Shown here one piece after another: positions 6,742 through 14,552 of a DNA stretch of 16,406 nucleotides. This DNA comes from Candidatus Rokuibacteriota bacterium (lineage in GTDB: Bacteria > Methylomirabilota > Methylomirabilia > Rokubacteriales > CSP1-6). The position numbers and the translations under genes were made by a program. The stretch spans positions 1 to 16,406 of the forward strand of contig JACPCX010000131.1 in assembly GCA_016184305.1 (NCBI GenBank), given 5' to 3'. The number at the start of each line of letters is the position of its first letter. Within the stretch, counting starts at the first letter, position 1. The notes beneath the pieces were generated by a model. It was not told the origin of the DNA. It ran no database searches and saw nothing but the letters and a program-made list of their open reading frames with translations.

Positions 6742-7635
6742 TTGTCGAAGCGGTCGAAGGGGACCCGACGGATCGTGCTTCGAACCTCGGCCAAGGTGAA
6801 CCTGGCCCTCGAGGTCCTGGGCAAGCGGGACGACGGCTATCACGAGATTGCCACCGTGATACAGGCGGTGGATCTCTGTGATCGGTTGACGGTGGAGACG
6901 GCCGACACGTTGTCGCTCGTCGTGAGCGACCCTGCGCTGCCCACGGACGACGGCAACCTGATCGTCAGGGCGGCGGCGAGGCTTGGGGAGGCCGCCGGCG
7001 CGACGAAGGGGGCCCGCATCACGCTTGACAAGCACATCCCCGTGGCCGCAGGGCTCGGCGGCGGATCGAGCGATGCCGCGGCCACCCTGTGGGCGCTCAA
7101 CCGTCTCTGGGGGCTCAGATGGTCACGCGACCGGCTCGCGGGGCTGGCGGTGCGGCTCGGAATGGACGTGCCGTTCTTCCTCGGAACAGGACGGGCGCTG
7201 GCCACGGGACGGGGAGAGCAGCTCGAGCCGCTCCCGGGCGCGGGCGCGTATGCGCTCGTGCTCGTGAACCCGAACGTCCCGCTGTCGACGCGCGAGGTCT
7301 ACGGGCGGGTGCCGGCCGGGTGGACGGCCGAGGCCCGCAACACGCGGCGGATGGTCGAGGCGCTCCGCACGCGGAGCGCGCGCACGGTGGCTGGAGCGTT
7401 GGCGAACAACCTGGAGTCGATCGTGGAGCCGACGGTGCCCGCGATCCGCCACATGAAGAGCGCGCTGCTGGCGGCAGGCGCCCTCGGGGCGGTCATGTCG
7501 GGCAGCGGCCCCACCGTGTTCGGAGTCGCGCGGTCCTACGACCATGCCCGCCAGATCCGGTCGCGGGTGAACAGGGCGGGATGGTCGTGCTGGGCCGTCC
7601 GGACCGTGTCAGGCAGGGTGATCCGGGCGGTGTGA
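6742..7635 (+). CDS. ispE: 4-(cytidine 5'-diphospho)-2-C-methyl-D-erythritol kinase
   Basis: '[18 protein letters not shown]', GHMP motif '[15 protein letters not shown]', 'DVPFF', 'GRGE', 'MSGSGPTVF'. Start uncertain: TTG 6742 is preferred because the track's GTG 6724 lies inside the predicted promoter; GTG 6775 is also possible. Confidence 0.95.
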   Translation: MSKRSKGTRRIVLRTSAKVNLALEVLGKRDDGYHEIATVIQAVDLCDRLTVETADTLSLVVSDPALPTDDGNLIVRAAARLGEAAGATKGARITLDKHIPVAAGLGGGSSDAAATLWALNRLWGLRWSRDRLAGLAVRLGMDVPFFLGTGRALATGRGEQLEPLPGAGAYALVLVNPNVPLSTREVYGRVPAGWTAEARNTRRMVEALRTRSARTVAGALANNLESIVEPTVPAIRHMKSALLAAGALGAVMSGSGPTVFGVARSYDHARQIRSRVNRAGWSCWAVRTVSGRVIRAV

Positions 7636-7645
7636 ACGTGTTCCC

Positions 7646-7720
7646 TGGGGCGTGGCCAAGCGGCAAGGCGCGGGACTTTGGATCCCGTATTCGGAGGTTC
7701 GAATCCTCCCGCCCCAACCA
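7646..7720 (+). tRNA. tRNA-Gln(TTG), CCA encoded
   Basis: Acceptor stem TGGGGCG/CGCCCCA; anticodon arm CGGGA-CT-TTG-GA-TCCCG (anticodon 7678-7680); T-arm GGAGG-TTCGAAT-CCTCC; ends ACCA; classic ispE-tRNAGln-prs position. Confidence 0.97.
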
Positions 7721-7741
7721 CGAATGGAGACGGGGACGTCC

Positions 7742-8680
7742 ATGGGCTATGAGCTGAAGCTCTTCTCCGGCAACGCCAACCGGCCGCTCGCCGAGGAGAT
7801 CGCCCAGCAGCTGCAGTTGCCGCTGGGGGATGCCGACGTCTCCCGTTTCTCCGACGGTGAGGTCTACGTGCAGATCAACGAGAACGTCCGCGGCCAGGAC
7901 GTGTTCGTGATCCAGCCCACGAGCCCACCCGTGAACGACAACCTCATGGAGCTGCTGGTGATGATCGACGCGTTCAAGCGGGCCTCGGCGCGTCGCATCA
8001 CGGCGGTCCTCCCCTACTACGGCTACGCGCGGCAAGACCGCAAGGTGATGCCGCGCGTGCCCATCTCGGCCAAGCTGGTGGCCGACCTGATCACGGCGGC
8101 CGGGGCCAATCGCGTGCTGGCGGTGGACCTGCACGCCGGGCAGATCCAGGGATTCTTCGACATCCCGGTGGACCATCTCTTCGCGGCGCCCGTGATCGTC
8201 GACTACCTGGCCAAGCAGGACCTGCACGAGCCGGTGCTCGTCTCGCCCGACGCGGGCGGTGTCGAGCGGGCGCGCGCCATCGCCAAGCGCCTCAAGGCGG
8301 GACTGGCCATCATCGACAAGCGCCGCGACGGGCCCAACGTGGCCGTGTTCATGCGCCTCATCGGCGACGTCGCGGACAAGGATGTGGTGATCATCGACGA
8401 CATGATCGACACCGCGGGCACGCTGATCCAGGCCGTGGAGGCGCTCCAGCGAGAGCGCGCGCGGCGCATCCTGGCCTGCGCGGTCCACGGCGTGCTGTCG
8501 GGGCCCGCCATCGACCGCATCGCCGGCTCGCCGCTGGAAGAGGTGATCATCACCAACTCCATCCCGCTGCCGGCCGGCAAGCACCTCCCCAAGTTCCAGG
8601 TGTTGTCGGTCGCCCCGCTCCTGGCGGAGGCCATCCGGCGAATCCACGACGAAGAGTCCGTCTCGGGCCTGTTCATCTAG
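7742..8680 (+). CDS. prs: Ribose-phosphate pyrophosphokinase (PRPP synthetase), 312 aa
   Basis: 'FSDGE..V.I.ENVRG', '[10 protein letters not shown]', '[11 protein letters not shown]', 'VSPDAGGV', 'DDMIDTAGT'. ATG 7742 follows GGAGACGGGGA. The track's longer N-terminus runs through the tRNA. Confidence 0.97.
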   Translation: MGYELKLFSGNANRPLAEEIAQQLQLPLGDADVSRFSDGEVYVQINENVRGQDVFVIQPTSPPVNDNLMELLVMIDAFKRASARRITAVLPYYGYARQDRKVMPRVPISAKLVADLITAAGANRVLAVDLHAGQIQGFFDIPVDHLFAAPVIVDYLAKQDLHEPVLVSPDAGGVERARAIAKRLKAGLAIIDKRRDGPNVAVFMRLIGDVADKDVVIIDDMIDTAGTLIQAVEALQRERARRILACAVHGVLSGPAIDRIAGSPLEEVIITNSIPLPAGKHLPKFQVLSVAPLLAEAIRRIHDEESVSGLFI

Positions 8681-8699
8681 CCATAAGGAGCCGAGCATC

Positions 8700-9365
8700 A
8701 TGGAAATGCGTGCACTGACCATCGAGAAGCGAGAGGGCACGGGCACGGGGCCGGCCAGGCGCCTGCGCCGGGCCGGTCGCATCCCGGCCGTGCTCTATGG
8801 GGGCGCGAGCCCAGTGAGCATCGCCGTGGACCCGCGGGAGATCCTCCGCCTCATCCATGGCCACGAGGGCGGCACCCAGCTGCTGCAGGTGTCCTACGCG
8901 GGCGCCAGCGAGAGCCGGATGGCCATCATCCGCGACATGCAGTTCGACCCGGTCTCCGAGGACCTGATCCACGCCGACCTCCAGGAGGTCGCCATGGACA
9001 AGCCGCTGCAGATCGCCGTGCCGCTCAGGCACGTCGGCGATGCCATCGGGGTCCGGGAAACCAAGGGCATCCTCGAGATGATCCTCCGCGAGGTCCAGGT
9101 CTCGTGCCTGCCAGGCGCGATCCCGGAGGTCATCGCGGCCGACGTCTCGGGCCTCAAGATCGGCGATGTGTTCATTGTGGGGCAGCTCGTGGCTCCCGAG
9201 GGAGTGCGCATCCTGACGGATCCCGGCCAGGCCGTCGCCACCGTCGCTCCGCCCATGGCGGAAGAGGTGGCCGCGCCCACCGCGGAGGCGCCCGCCGCGG
9301 CCGCCGAGCCCGAGGTCCTCACGGAGCGCAAGCCGAAGGAAGAGGTCGAAGAGAAGAAGAAGTAA
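8700..9365 (+). CDS. rplY: 50S ribosomal protein bL25 / general stress protein Ctc (long form), 221 aa
   Basis: 'ARRLRRAGRIPAVLYG', 'Q.DPV...IHAD', TL5 C-terminal domain, acidic/Lys tail 'EPEV..ERKPKEE'; SD TAAGGAG at 8684-8690. Confidence 0.95.
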   Translation: MEMRALTIEKREGTGTGPARRLRRAGRIPAVLYGGASPVSIAVDPREILRLIHGHEGGTQLLQVSYAGASESRMAIIRDMQFDPVSEDLIHADLQEVAMDKPLQIAVPLRHVGDAIGVRETKGILEMILREVQVSCLPGAIPEVIAADVSGLKIGDVFIVGQLVAPEGVRILTDPGQAVATVAPPMAEEVAAPTAEAPAAAAEPEVLTERKPKEEVEEKKK

Positions 9366-9923
9366 GTGGCCCAGGCGATCATTGGCCTCGGCAATCCTGG
9401 GCCGGAGTATCGGGACACCCGCCACAACGTGGGACAGCGCGTGGTGGATGGGCTGGCCCGGACGCTTCACGGGCGCTTCGCGCGCGAAGGCGGCCACCTG
9501 GTGGCGCGCGTGAGATGGCGGGGCGAGGTGGTCTCCCTCGTCAAGCCCCAGTGCTTCATGAACGTCAGCGGCCCGGCGGTCGCCCGCCTGAGCCCGAAGC
9601 TCGGTCTGGGCCCGCCCGATGTGATCATCGTGTTCGACGATCTGGACCTGCCGCTCGGCAAGGTCCGCATCCGCATGAAGGGCAGCGCGGGAGGGCACAA
9701 CGGCTTGCGCTCGCTCATCGAGGCCCTGGGCACGAGCGAGCTCCGGCGCGTCAAGGTGGGCATCGGCCGACCGGGCGGTCCCGGCGAGGGCCGGGACCAC
9801 ATCGTGGATCACGTCCTCTCGCCCTTCTATCGCGACGAGCTCGACCTGGTCGAGGCGGCCTGCTGCGAGGCCGCGCAGCAGGCCCTGAAGCTAGTGGAGA
9901 GCCACTCCTCACCGCCGCTCTGA
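9366..9923 (+). CDS. pth: Peptidyl-tRNA hydrolase, 185 aa
   Basis: 'IIGLGNPG.EY..TRHNVG', 'KP..FMN.SG', 'DDLDLP.G', 'GSAGGHNGLRS', 'GIGRP', 'HVLSPF'; GTG start abuts the rplY stop (TAAGTG). Confidence 0.96.
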   Translation: MAQAIIGLGNPGPEYRDTRHNVGQRVVDGLARTLHGRFAREGGHLVARVRWRGEVVSLVKPQCFMNVSGPAVARLSPKLGLGPPDVIIVFDDLDLPLGKVRIRMKGSAGGHNGLRSLIEALGTSELRRVKVGIGRPGGPGEGRDHIVDHVLSPFYRDELDLVEAACCEAAQQALKLVESHSSPPL

Positions 9924-9973
9924 GCGCACCGCGAGGCCCTCGGGTGGCGACGGGGCCGACCCCGGAGGATGAA

Positions 9974-10005
9974 TTGCGCCGTCCCCGGGGCGCGTGGTAT
10001 ACAGT
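9974..10005 (+). promoter_or_regulatory. Possible sigma70 promoter of rpsU-mutS2-dnaG-rpoD
   Basis: TTGCGC (9974-9979) - 18 nt - TATACA (9998-10003), preceded by TG (9995-9996); TACAGT (10000-10005) is an alternative -10. It is a short AT-richer patch in the pth-rpsU spacer. Confidence 0.5.
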
Positions 10006-10040
10006 TGGCGTTTAGCCGGCCGCCGAGAGGGGGGACCTGA

Positions 10041-10235
10041 GTGACCACAGTCATCGTCGAGCCCGACGAGTCCTTCGAGAACGCCCTCAAGCGATTCAAG
10101 AAGCAGTGCGAGAAGGCCGGGCTCATGTCGGAATTGCGGAAACGCCAGCATTACGAGAAGCCCAGCGTCAAGCGGAAGCGCAAGACCCTGGCAGCGCGCA
10201 AGAAGGCCAAGAAACGCGAGCGGTTCTCCGAATAG
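10041..10235 (+). CDS. rpsU: 30S ribosomal protein bS21, 64 aa
   Basis: '[39 protein letters not shown]'; G-rich SD (GAGAGGGGGGA) before the GTG. Confidence 0.96.
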   Translation: MTTVIVEPDESFENALKRFKKQCEKAGLMSELRKRQHYEKPSVKRKRKTLAARKKAKKRERFSE

Positions 10236-10267
10236 TCGCAGGCGGTGCGGGAGTCGAGTGGGCCCAG

Positions 10268-12622
10268 GTGCGGGCCCTCCTGGCCCGCGGCACCTCCACT
10301 CCGATGGGCCGGGAGCGGGCGCTTGCTCTCGAGCCCTCGACGGACCTGGGAACGATCCACGCGGCCCTCGGCGACACCCGCCAGGGCCGTCTCGCATTGG
10401 CGGTGGCCGGCCCGCCGCCGTGGGATATCATCCCCGATGTGCGTCCAACGCTTGACCGCGCCCGTACCCCGGGCGCCGTGATCGATGGCGTGGACCTGCG
10501 CGGCCTGCTCCCCCTTCTCGAGGCGGCAGGGCGACTCGCGGGCTACGGCCGGAGCATCGGGAGCGTGGCCCCGGCCCTCGGCGCCGGGCTCCTCCGGCTG
10601 CCCTCGCTCGGCGCGTTGCGGGAGGTGCTGCACCGGTCGCTCGATGAGGACGGCGGCGTCACGGACGCGGCGAGCCCGGCGCTGCGCCGGATCCGCCAGC
10701 GGCTGCGGGACTCGCGGCGCGCTGTGGTCAGGCGCCTCGAGGCCTTCTTCCAGGCCCCGGGGGCCGACACGCTGTTCCAGGAGCGCTACGTCACGGTGCG
10801 CCACGGCCGCTACGTGCTGCCGATCATGGCCTCGGCCAAGGGGCGGCTCCGCGGCATCGTGCACGACCGCTCCCAGAGCGGCGCGACCCTGTTCGTGGAG
10901 CCGGAAGGCCTCGTCGAAGACAACAACGAGCTGGCGCAGACCATCCGCGAGGAGGAGAGCGAGGTCTTGCGCGTGCTGACCGCGCTCACGGATCTCCTGC
11001 GCGAGGCGCTCCCCGAGCTCGACCCCCTGCTTGCGGAGATGGGGCGGATCGACGTGATCTTCGCCCTGGCCGAGCTGGCCGAGCGCATGGGCGCGGTGGA
11101 GCCCACCGTCGGGCCCGGCCCGGGTGGGGCGCGAGAGGTCAGCGTCCAGGGCGCCCGCCACCCGCTCCTCCTGGCCCAGAGGTGGCAGGAGCCGGACCGG
11201 CCGGTGGTCCCCGTGGATCTCCACCTCGACGGCGAGCGCCCGCTGCTCGTCATCACGGGGCCCAACGCGGGAGGAAAGACCGTCGTGCTCAAGACGCTCG
11301 GGCTCCTCTCGCTCATGGCCCAGTCGGGCTTTCACCTGCCGGCCGGGGAGGGCGCGCGCCTGCCCGTCTTCGAGCAGGTGTTCACCATCATCGGCGATGA
11401 TCAGAGCGTGGCCGAGAACCTCTCCACCTTCTCGGCGTTCGTGAAGCAGCTCCGCGATGTGCTCGAGCACGTGGACGACCGGTCGCTCGTGCTCCTCGAC
11501 GAGCTCGGCGCCGGCACCGATCCCGACGACGGGGCCGCGCTGGCCCAGGCCGTGCTCGAGGAACTGGCGGGGCGGGGGGCCTTCTGCGCGGCCTCCACCC
11601 ATCTCGAGCCCCTCAAGGGCTTCGCCGCAACCGACCCACGGGCGCGCAACGCCTCGGTGGAGTTCGACGCCGAGCGGCTCGAACCGACCTTCCGGCTGGT
11701 CTACGACCGTCCGGGACAGAGCTATGCCCTCGCCATCGGCGCGCGGCTCGGCTTGCCGCCAGCCCTGATCGCAGCCGCCCAGGGGCATCGCACGACGCAG
11801 GGGCGCGCGCTCCAGGCGCTGCTCGCTCGGCTCGACGCGCGTGACCGCCAGGATGCCGAGCGCGCGGCGCTCCTGGAGCGGCGGGAGGTGGAGAGCGCAG
11901 GGCTGCTCACGCGGGCGCGGGAGGAGAGGGACGCAGCGCGAGCCAAGGCGCGCGAGACCGTTGCCCGGGCCCGGACCGACGCAGCGCGGCTTCTGAGCGA
12001 CGTCCGGCGCGCGGTCAACGAGGAGTGGGAGCGGCTCAAGGAGAGCGACCGGACGCGCGAGCACCTCGAGCGGAGCCGCAAACGGCTCCTGGCCGAAAGC
12101 CAGCGCGTGTCGGAACCCCTCACGGAGGAGGATGTCGGGTATCGAGCCGGCCCCCCGGCTCCGGGGGATCACGTCCAGATCGCGCATCTCGCGCTCACGG
12201 GAGAGGTCATGACGGTGGAGGGGGCGAGCGCCACCGTGCGGGCGGGGGCGCTGACCGTGAAGGTTCCGCTCCAGGCCCTGCGCGTCATCGAGCGTCCCGC
12301 CGTCGCCGCGGCCCCATCCCGGGCCGCCGCGCCATCGCGCCGCGATGCCCGCGGGCCCGAGAAGGCGGGCGTGGCGCCCGAGATCCGCCTGATCGGCCGG
12401 ACCTCGGACGAGGCGCGGGACCTCCTCGAGAAGTACCTCGATGACGCCTTCCTCGCCGGTTTGCCCACGGTGCGGATCGTGCACGGCAAGGGCACCGGCA
12501 CGCTCCGCCGCGTCGTGCACGAGCTCCTCGCGGCCCATCCCCTCGTCGCCGAGCACCGGCCTGGCGCTCCCCGGGAAGGCGGCGACGGCGCCACCGTCGC
12601 CCAGCTGACGGTCGGGCCATGA
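10268..12622 (+). CDS. mutS2: MutS2 (RqcU-type) ATPase with coiled coil, KOW and Smr domains; start uncertain (GTG 10268, or non-canonical ATA 10232)
   Basis: 'R.GRYVLP', 'GIVHDRSQSGATLFVEP', 'ARHPLL', Walker A 'ITGPNAGGKT', 'IGDDQS..ENLSTFS', 'LLDELGAGTDP', KOW 'PGDHVQI', Smr 'IVHGKGTG..EGG.GATV'. No MutS1 mismatch-binding domain. The stop overlaps the dnaG ATG (ATGA). Confidence 0.95.
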   Translation: MRALLARGTSTPMGRERALALEPSTDLGTIHAALGDTRQGRLALAVAGPPPWDIIPDVRPTLDRARTPGAVIDGVDLRGLLPLLEAAGRLAGYGRSIGSVAPALGAGLLRLPSLGALREVLHRSLDEDGGVTDAASPALRRIRQRLRDSRRAVVRRLEAFFQAPGADTLFQERYVTVRHGRYVLPIMASAKGRLRGIVHDRSQSGATLFVEPEGLVEDNNELAQTIREEESEVLRVLTALTDLLREALPELDPLLAEMGRIDVIFALAELAERMGAVEPTVGPGPGGAREVSVQGARHPLLLAQRWQEPDRPVVPVDLHLDGERPLLVITGPNAGGKTVVLKTLGLLSLMAQSGFHLPAGEGARLPVFEQVFTIIGDDQSVAENLSTFSAFVKQLRDVLEHVDDRSLVLLDELGAGTDPDDGAALAQAVLEELAGRGAFCAASTHLEPLKGFAATDPRARNASVEFDAERLEPTFRLVYDRPGQSYALAIGARLGLPPALIAAAQGHRTTQGRALQALLARLDARDRQDAERAALLERREVESAGLLTRAREERDAARAKARETVARARTDAARLLSDVRRAVNEEWERLKESDRTREHLERSRKRLLAESQRVSEPLTEEDVGYRAGPPAPGDHVQIAHLALTGEVMTVEGASATVRAGALTVKVPLQALRVIERPAVAAAPSRAAAPSRRDARGPEKAGVAPEIRLIGRTSDEARDLLEKYLDDAFLAGLPTVRIVHGKGTGTLRRVVHELLAAHPLVAEHRPGAPREGGDGATVAQLTVGP

Positions 12623-14529
12623 GCATCTTCTCGGCCTCCCTCCTCGAGGAGATCCGCTCCCGCGTGGACATGGTCGAGATGGTCGGCCAGTTCGTGAACC
12701 TCAAGCGCGCCGGCGAGAACTGGAAAGGGCTCTGCCCCTTCCACACCGAGAAGACCCCATCGTTCACCGTCCACCCGAAGAAGGGGATCTTCCACTGCTT
12801 CGGCTGCGGCGCTGGCGGCGACGCCTTCGGCTTCCTCATGCGCCAGGACCGGCTCGCCTTCCCGGAGGCCGTGCGGCTTCTCGCCCAGCGCGCGGGCGTG
12901 GAGCTGCCCTCCGAGCGCCGGTCCGAGGCCGCCGACGGCAAGATCGAGGCGCTCCGCCAGATCATGGCGCGCGCGGCGGAGTTCTACGCCGAGGCACTCT
13001 GGGCACCGGGCGGCGACACGGCCCGGCGCTACCTCGAGGGGCGCGGCGTCGATCCGGAGGTGGCCCGGCGGTTCGGCCTCGGCTACGCGCCGGAAGGCTG
13101 GGATCACCTCCTGGCCTTCATGCGAGGGCAGCCGGTCACCGAGGAGGAGCTCGCCCAGGCCGGGCTCGTCCTGCCGCGGCAAACCGGTTCCGGCTTCTAC
13201 GACCGCTTCCGGGGCCGGCTTCTGTTCAGCATCCGCGACGGGCAGGGCCGAGTCGTCGCCTTCGGCGGGCGCGCCCTCGGCCCCGAGGAGCCCAAGTACC
13301 TCAACTCCCCCGAGACGCCACTCTACGTGAAGGGGCAGATCCTCTACGCCCTCGATCTCGCCAAGGGGGCCATGCGCGAGCGTAACCGCGCCATCGTGGT
13401 CGAGGGGTACCTCGACTGCCTCATGGCGCACCAGCACGGCTTCACCGAGACGGTGGCCGCGCTGGGCACCGCCTTCACACAGGCGCAGCTTGCGCTCCTC
13501 CAGCGCAGCGCCGACGAGATCGTCGCGGTCTTCGATGCCGATGCCGCGGGGCAGAAGGCGGCGGCGCGGATCGACGAGCTGATGAGCGGCCCGGCAGACC
13601 TGCGGAGCCTCGGGTGGTCCATGGCGCGGACGGGTGGGTTCGAGAGGGCCGGCCACTTCCCCGTCAAGGTCGCGGTGCTGCCTCCCGGCCACGACCCCGA
13701 CAGCCTCCTGCGCTCCCAGGGCGCCGAGGCCTTCCGCTCGCGCGTGGACGAAGCCAGGAGTATCCTCTCCTTCGTGATGGCCCAGGCCCTCGCCGAGGAG
13801 AACCTCGCCTCGCCCCGGGGACGGGCCACGGCCCATGCCCGCGTGGCGCTGGTCCTCTCCAAGGTCCCCAATGCGGAAGAGGCCACGGCGCTCGCGCAGC
13901 AGGCCGCGCGGGAGCTCGGCGTGGATCCGACCCAGCTCTGGATCGAGGCGCAGCAGCTTCAGCGCGCCCGGTTCTCCCAGGGCCGGGGTGGGGGTGCCTC
14001 CGCCCGCGCGACGCTCCCTTCGACGGGCGCGGGGTGGCCGCCGCCGAATCTGGCCGAGCGCGATCTCCTGTCGCTCCTGCTCCAGGTCGAGGAGGCCCGG
14101 GTATCCCTCCTGCCCGGCATCGAGGACGACGATATCGCCCATCCCGGGCTGCGGGCGCTCCTGGCGGCGCTGCGGGAGGCACCCGGCAGCCCTGCCGAGG
14201 CGCTGATGACGGCGCTGCCGGGCGACGGGGAGCGCGGACTGCTCGCCGCCCTGCTGCTGGAGGAGCGGAGCTGGTCGGACGTGAGGCAGCAGATCGGCGA
14301 GCTACAGCGGCGCTACGAGATCCGGCGCAGGAAGAAGCGGATCCGGCAGGTGACCCAGGCCATCATCGAGGCCCAGGCCACCGGCGACCCGGCCCTGCCC
14401 CAGCTCCAGGCCGAGCTCGGGCAGCTCCAGCGCGAGGCCGAGGCGGTGCGCGAGCTGTCACTGATCCCGGCGGCGGGCCCAGCGGCCCCCGGCCGGCCGA
14501 CGCTCGCGCCAGGGTCGACGACGCCCTAA
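12619..14529 (+). CDS. dnaG: DNA primase, 636 aa
   Basis: CHC2 zinc finger 'CPFH.EKTPSF....FHCFGC'; '[11 protein letters not shown]', 'FGGR', 'KYLNSPET'; TOPRIM 'VEGYLD', 'FDADAAG', 'DPD'. Confidence 0.97.
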   Translation: MSIFSASLLEEIRSRVDMVEMVGQFVNLKRAGENWKGLCPFHTEKTPSFTVHPKKGIFHCFGCGAGGDAFGFLMRQDRLAFPEAVRLLAQRAGVELPSERRSEAADGKIEALRQIMARAAEFYAEALWAPGGDTARRYLEGRGVDPEVARRFGLGYAPEGWDHLLAFMRGQPVTEEELAQAGLVLPRQTGSGFYDRFRGRLLFSIRDGQGRVVAFGGRALGPEEPKYLNSPETPLYVKGQILYALDLAKGAMRERNRAIVVEGYLDCLMAHQHGFTETVAALGTAFTQAQLALLQRSADEIVAVFDADAAGQKAAARIDELMSGPADLRSLGWSMARTGGFERAGHFPVKVAVLPPGHDPDSLLRSQGAEAFRSRVDEARSILSFVMAQALAEENLASPRGRATAHARVALVLSKVPNAEEATALAQQAARELGVDPTQLWIEAQQLQRARFSQGRGGGASARATLPSTGAGWPPPNLAERDLLSLLLQVEEARVSLLPGIEDDDIAHPGLRALLAALREAPGSPAEALMTALPGDGERGLLAALLLEERSWSDVRQQIGELQRRYEIRRRKKRIRQVTQAIIEAQATGDPALPQLQAELGQLQREAEAVRELSLIPAAGPAAPGRPTLAPGSTTP

Positions 14530-14552
14530 CCCATTCAGGAGACGCCCAGCGC

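Noticed and set aside
7652..7741. 30-aa N-terminal extension of Prs in the ORF track
   Set aside because: It overlaps the tRNA-Gln gene. Prs homology and the SD point to ATG 7742.
9927..9946. Hairpin CACC-G-CGAG-GCC-CTCG-GGTG after pth as an intrinsic terminator
   Set aside because: Bulged 8-bp stem with no downstream U-tract; not enough support.
10106..10231. GTG 10106 as the MutS2 start
   Set aside because: It would overlap 130 nt of the conserved rpsU gene, and the extra residues show no MutS2 similarity.
13614..14552. 313-aa N-terminal extension of RpoD
   Set aside because: Off-frame shadow of dnaG. Region 1.1 begins at ATG 14553 behind a clear AGGAG SD.
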